Assembly (NCBI GenBank): GCA_965603825.1
Contig: CBFDEM010000012.1
Coordinates: 372,001 to 436,000, forward strand
DNA length: 64,000 bases
Source of the DNA: Blepharisma stoltei ATCC 30299
Lineage: Eukaryota > Protista > Ciliophora
Reading direction: 5' to 3'
The notes beneath the pieces were generated by a model that saw nothing but the letters and a program-made list of their open reading frames with translations, had not been told where the DNA came from and ran no database searches. Both the position numbers and the translations under genes were made by a program. Below are positions 58,355 to 64,000 of this stretch, piece by piece; the stretch's first letter is position 1; every line of letters starts with the position of its first letter.

Positions 58355-60448
58355 ATGGTGAAAATGCAGCTTGTAAGCACAAATGAAACAAGAAGATGAT
58401 CAGCTTTATCAACTCGAGGCAAACTACCAGAGAATGCAAAAAAACTCTTCTGGAATTCTGAAAATACTGAATCCATCTCTTTATCAAAATATAGCTTTTT
58501 TCCGACCAAAGGCCTCATAAGAAAGACGGAGAAAGTGGATAAATATGTTTTAAATCCTACAGGCCTTGTAAAAGTGACATGGGATACTATAATTTCTGCA
58601 CAAGCAATATATTTAAGTTTTATGATCCCATTTTCTATATGTTTTATGCAAGAAACTGACAAACGCTTAATCCCTTTGTTCGAAGTTTGCTTTGTAATCG
58701 ATTTTCTTTTGAATTTTAATACAGCTTGTTTTATACATGGAACATTAGTTAAAGATAGGAGACGGATATTTTCCCATTATTTATCTTCATATTTTCTATG
58801 AGATCTATTATCAATTATTCCTTATGAACTTTTTTTAAGCGGCATGGATATAGATTCTGATAATGATCATCATTTTGATTATTGATATTGACCTCAGCTA
58901 TTTTGACTAATACGTCTTACAAGGCTCGGAAAGCTCAGGAGGCTTATTTACAATATTGAAGATATTTACCCTAGTCCCATGGTTTATATGATTACACGCA
59001 TTTTTGTATTTTTATTGATAGCAGGTTTATCGTTTCACTGAGCGGCTTGCTTAATACATTCTACCTGGTATTTTTCGCTAAGCACTAACGGTGACATGTG
59101 GAAAAATTATACTAAAAATATATTTGATCAATATATGAAAAGCTTCGAGCTAGCTACAATTACAATGCTTACTGTAGGCTATGGAAATATAACTCCGCAG
59201 ACCATTCCTGAAAAAATGATTATTATTGTCATTCAGGGTTGCGCTTCGCTTATTATTGGATATTTATTTGGTGGAGTTATTAGTACAATTAAATACACAG
59301 CAAAAGATAAAATTTACTTTTCAGCTATAAGACAAAAAATGAGCTTCTTTATGAAAAAGCACAAGCTACCGAGAGATCTAAGATATAAAATTGATACTTA
59401 TCTAGATCACCTTTATGATTACCAAAAACAAAATGTACTGGATGAGCAAGATATTCTAGGTTCTTTATCTCAGCCATTGCAAAGAGAAATCTATATTCGA
59501 ACGAGAGGTAATCTCTTAACAAGAATTCCACCTTTTCGAGACTATTCTTACAAGTTTCTTAAATACTTAGGCCAAAAGCTTGAAGTGGACTTATTTTCCC
59601 CTTCTGATTTGGTATTTAAGTATGGGCAAATTGACAGAAACATCTACCTTGTGAGACGTGGAGTAGTTGAAATATTCCATCAAAAAACAGGCACAATTTA
59701 TACTGAAATTCACAAAGAAAAATATTTCGGAGAAATCGGATTTTTCCTTGGGAGAAAAAGATGTGCCTCTGCTAGATGCTCACTGTTTACTGAGCTTTTC
59801 AGTCTTAATTGAGAGGTATTTAACAAATTGTTGACAAAGCTTCCAAAAGAAGCAGAGATAACAAATATTATTGTAAATAACTGTAAAGGAAAAGATTTAA
59901 GTTACCTTGGCGTCAGATGCTATTTCTGTGGACTCATGGGTCATGTAGTAGAAAATTGTGAAAAAATAGTGTATAAAGTTAACCATGACGAAATTATTAA
60001 GCACGCTAATTTTTCAAGAAAATCTAATAGAAAATGAATATCAAAAGAAGATGTCGATCAAAGTCCAAGAAAGCAAGAAGTATTAAGAAGGCATGGTCTA
60101 CAAAATATCCAAGGAAAAGAAATAAATCCAATTATGTTTTATCAAGATAGAAATAATCTAATTACAAAAGTGAAGGGCTATGATATACGTAGAGTTCATA
60201 AAGAAAAAACAAGAGAGGTTATGATGACTGTAATTAATGATGATCAAGATGATATATTAGATAAAAATTACCATGTATTTCCTACGCATTTAAAATTCGG
60301 GGAAATTTACGCAACGTATAAAAGAAAAACCGAAGAAAATGATTTTAAAGGAAATGAATTTCAGCATTATACTTTAGATCCAAGGGGAAATACAAAGAAA
60401 AGGGTTTCATATGGCAATGAAACTACTTATTCTAGTCAAGAAATGTAG
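58355..60448 (+). CDS. CNBD-family (EAG/HCN-like) K+ channel with C-terminal CCHC zinc knuckle, paralog 1 (697 aa)
   Basis: Eight in-frame TGAs. S1 WD, S2 DFLLNFNT, S4 IRLTRLGKLRR, HWAAC, pore TMLTVGYGNITP, C-linker, CNBD YFGEIGF...RCASA, then CYFCGLMGHVVENC. Confidence 0.9.
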
Positions 60449-60985
60449 CATAGGCCATATAAAATCTCAAAATGGCATTTTATTATAAAATTAGGATATT
60501 AAACACAAATTTCGATATTTTTAGGCCTACAAAAATGATTATTAATTTTAATTTTAATAGCAATGTATTAGTAAATTAAATAATGTCTATGTACTCAAAT
60601 TAAATAATAATATTTAATTAACTCCAATAGATATTGCATATTTATATTCAATAGAACTACCTTTAAATATAATTAAATTAAGCTGATCTGCGAGAGAAAT
60701 ATAGATTAATAAGACTATATATCAAAAAAATAAAGATGACAGAACCATAAATTTATATTAAATTGTCAGCTCCTTTAATATTCATTGCTCTTCCAATCAA
60801 ATTACTCTTTTTTTTTATTTTAAATAATTTTATACAATTTTGAAACTCTTTTCTTGAAAAAATATCACAATGGCTCATAAAACAAAAAATTTAAAAAAAT
60901 TTTATCGCATAAATACATTTATAGTCAGCTCATTATAAAAATCATTGAAGCTCTTTTCTAAGGAATTCTACTTAAATAGATTAAT

Positions 60986-63106
60986 ATGGAAAATTTACCC
61001 TTCAGATTAGATAGAGATAAAAGAAGATGATCGAATTTGTCAATTATGCAAAGTGTAGTCAAAAGAAAAACAACACTTTTTCTACTTCCTCAAAGATTTG
61101 AATCCTTTCACCCGAACAAAAAAGCCTTTTTCCCAAGCAAAGATGTTATTAGAGCTGAACGAAGATATGATAAATTTATATTTAATCCAACCAGTTTCAT
61201 GAGAGTCATATGAGATGCTTTAATATCTGTCCAAGCCGTTTATTTGGCTGTTATAATACCATTTTGTTTGAGTTTTATGCGACAAGTTGATAGATCTACT
61301 ATTGCTCCTTTAGAAATTTGCTTTATAATTGATTTATTTTTGAATTTTAATACAGCCTGTTATATTCATGGAATTTTGGTTGCTGACAGAAAGGCAATTA
61401 TTTGGCATTACTTATCATCATATTTTCTATGAGATTTTATATCAGTTATCCCATATGAACTTTTTCTATATGATATGAATTCTGATTCCGATAAAGGCTA
61501 TAATTTAGACTACTGAAACTGGCCCCGGCTATTCTGATTGCTGCGTCTCACTCGAATGATAAGATTAAGAAAGCTAATTTACAATATTGATGATATCTAC
61601 CCTGCTCCATATGTATATTTTGCTACAAGAAGCATAGTTTTTTTATTAATTGCATTATTAGCAGCCCATTGAACCACCTGCATCATGCATAGTGCATGAT
61701 ATTTTTCATTGAGCAATAATGGTGATTTGTGGCAATCTTATATGGAAAGTAAATTCGAGCAATATATAAGGAAGCTTGAACAGGTGGCTGTGACAATGAC
61801 AACTGTAGGATATGGAAATCTAATCCCTCAATCTACTGCTGAAAAGATGCTGACCATTATAATTGAGTGTCTGACTTCTGGATTGTTTGGGTATCTAGTT
61901 GGAGGGATTAATAGTGCCCTTGAAAAATCAACAAAAGAATCAATATATTTCAATACTTTAAAGCAAAAAATTAAAGTTTTCATGCATAATCATAGAATAT
62001 CTTATAGCTTGAGGCTAAAAATTATGGCTTATTTAGCGCATTTATACTCATATCAGAAACAAAACATATTAGATGAGCAAGAAATTTTATCCGCGCTATC
62101 TCAACCATTGCAGCGAGATATTTATATCCACACAAGGGGGCATGTTTTAGTAAGAAGCGCTCCATTCCGTGACTTTTCTTATAAATTTTTGAAATATTTA
62201 GGCCAGAAGCTTGAAGTTGAGATATTTTCTCCTTGCGATTTAATTTTCAAACAAGACCAGAAAAATCATAATTTGTACCTAGTAAGGCATGGAAGAGTTG
62301 AAATTTTTCATCATTCAACTGGGACTATTTATACTGAAATTCATGAAGACAAATACTTCGGCGAGATTGCATTTTTCTTAGGTAGGAAAAGATGTGCATC
62401 AGCACGATGTGCTAATTTTTGTGAAGTGTTTTGTTTGAATAGACAAATATTTAAATCAGTATTAATGAAGCTACCAAAGGAAGCTGAGCTAACAAAGATC
62501 ATTGTGAATAACTGCCAAGGAAAAGATTTAAGCTACTTGGGGGTAAGGTGCTATTTTTGTCAAGAAATGGGGCATGTGGCAGCGGATTGTTCAGCATTTG
62601 TGTATAAAATTAATCATGAAGAAATCATAAAACGGGCAAACCATGCGAAAAATGCCGTAGGTAAGAAAATAGCACACGAAGATATAGACGTTGAAGTGAA
62701 AAAGCATGATATTAATATAATGAGCCGGTACGGATTGAATAGTATTTATGGCAAGAAAATTGACCCTCTCTCACAATATAAAGACCGTGACACATTAGCA
62801 TGCAAAGCTAGAGGTTTTGTTGCACGCAAAAGACACGGAGAAAGAAAAAGAAAAACTATTCTAGCGTTGCTTGATGATGACACAAATGATATCCCTAATC
62901 AAGATTATTATCCAAAGATGCCGAGTAATCTGCAATTTGGCAGAAATTATATGTCCCAAAAGCGAAAAACCCAGCTTTGCCCGTTAAGAGGATCAATTTA
63001 TCAGTCTTCCAGATTTAATTCAGAAGCTGAAGATGTAATAAGTAGAGCTGCTTCAGATGCTAATGAAACATTAAATTTAACTTATTTTGAAGCTAGCCCA
63101 GTTTAA
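60986..63106 (+). CDS. CNBD-family (EAG/HCN-like) K+ channel with C-terminal CCHC zinc knuckle, paralog 2 (706 aa)
   Basis: Seven in-frame TGAs. S4 LRLTRMIRLRK, pore TMTTVGYGNLIP, CNBD YFGEIAF...RCASA, CYFCQEMGHVAADC. Collinear tandem paralog of 58355-60448. Confidence 0.9.
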
Positions 63107-63315
63107 CAGAAGTATTGATGAATTTTTAAATGTAACACTAATTTTGTTGGATTATTAATTGATTTGAAGCTACTATGAGCAATTATTTCATTAAATTCTT
63201 TTTGAATTTATATACAGTCTCAATCATCTTGCTACAGCATTGGATTTATGTTTATGTTAAAATTAATTATTATTGATTTAATTAAATTAAAGAAAAACTC
63301 CCCTGTTGATATTAA

Positions 63316-64000
63316 ATGTCTGATACCTGCAGAGTTTGTTTTGAAGAAGATAATCTCAACAATTTTATTATTCCTTGTAGATGTAAAGGAAGTCAAAAAT
63401 ACATTCATCCCAATTGTTTATATCAATGGCAAAATACAACAATAAAACGCTATATAAAATCTCCTGAAAGATACAATAAATTCCAAATTTTATATTGTCC
63501 TGAGTGCAGAACTAAATATAAATATTTTTCAGATAATCCCAACTGAAATATTTTTGATAAAAATCATCTTAAAGCGAAAAATTCCTTTTCAGTGAACTGA
63601 TATTGAGCTATCATTTTCTTTACTTTTTGGTGTTTGCTTTTGGCAATATGATGCAAAGGGATTAAACCAATATTTTATATTGCAGAAGGTGGGATTAAGA
63701 TAGGCTTTATTAGAGTTGGGGAGCCTGTGCCTGGATTACATGCTGGGATTATTTTGAAAGCAACTTCAGCTATGTCGCATGGAATTTTTTATAAATCACA
63801 AATTTTAATAACGAAATACAGTGCAAGTGATGGTGCCATGGGATTTATTCTTAATAAACCGAAAAAAGAGTCCTTTCCTGAGAAGTTTTATATAGGAGGC
63901 CCTGTACAACCTGATTCTATTTATATGCTGCATAACAATCCTGATATTGAAGAATGTGAGATGGTGAGTGAAGGAATCTACTTTGGAGGAAAAGTAATTT
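63316..64000 (+). CDS. RING-CH (MARCH-type) E3 ligase domain + TM helix + DUF179/YqgE/AlgH-like domain (3' end outside window)
   Basis: RINGv: CRVCFE...PCRCKGSQKYIHPNCLYQW...CPEC. After four TGA-Trp codons the frame continues WYWAIIFFTFWCLLLAIW...LHAGIILKA...GIFYKSQILI...GAMGFILNKP...IGGPV...MLHN...VSEGIYFGG. Confidence 0.8.

Noticed and set aside
58355-63106. Channel genes (and other TGA-split genes) as pseudogenes
   Set aside because: All interruptions are TGA, in frame, with no frameshifts or TAA/TAG, and they align with TGG in the paralog.
1-64000. Prokaryotic or mycoplasma origin (UGA=Trp, dense genes); CRISPR, transposase, telomere arrays
   Set aside because: The genes are eukaryote-specific (ATG8, RAD23, FOR20, TBC), introns are present and the tRNA lacks CCA. 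No repeat-spacer array, transposase motif or tandem telomeric repeat was seen.

Overview
This is gene-dense, AT-rich eukaryotic DNA, most likely the macronuclear genome of a heterotrich ciliate of the Blepharisma type; the organism is inferred, not proven. Two properties explain why the supplied ORF track is fragmented. (1) TGA is a tryptophan sense codon: it falls at conserved Trp positions (kinase DLWSCG, TBC LWDR, ABCC DEALW) and swaps with TGG between two paralogous channel genes, while reconstructed genes end only in TAA or TAG. (2) Genes carry 15-16 nt GTA...AG introns with an invariant A six bases from the 3' end; seven were found by eye. Re-read this way, the window holds about 41 protein-coding genes, one tRNA-Asn(GTT) and one decayed zinc-finger duplicate. 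Recognisable genes include ATG8, CHMP2/VPS2, TBC1D19, RPP21, PMCA, RAD23, NAA30, OGDH E1, a RING-less NOT4, a mini-INCENP, ADAL, ADSL, an ABCC transporter, LRRC51 and two tandem CNBD K+ channels. The most notable oddities are spacers of only 6-27 bp between genes, a strong gene-to-gene bias in TGA versus TGG use, a RING-CH/TM/DUF179 fusion, a hidden Sfi1-like gene, a myristoylatable pseudokinase and a degenerate Rab-like protein. No CRISPR array, rRNA, transposase or telomeric array was seen. All reconstructions were done by hand, with no database searches.
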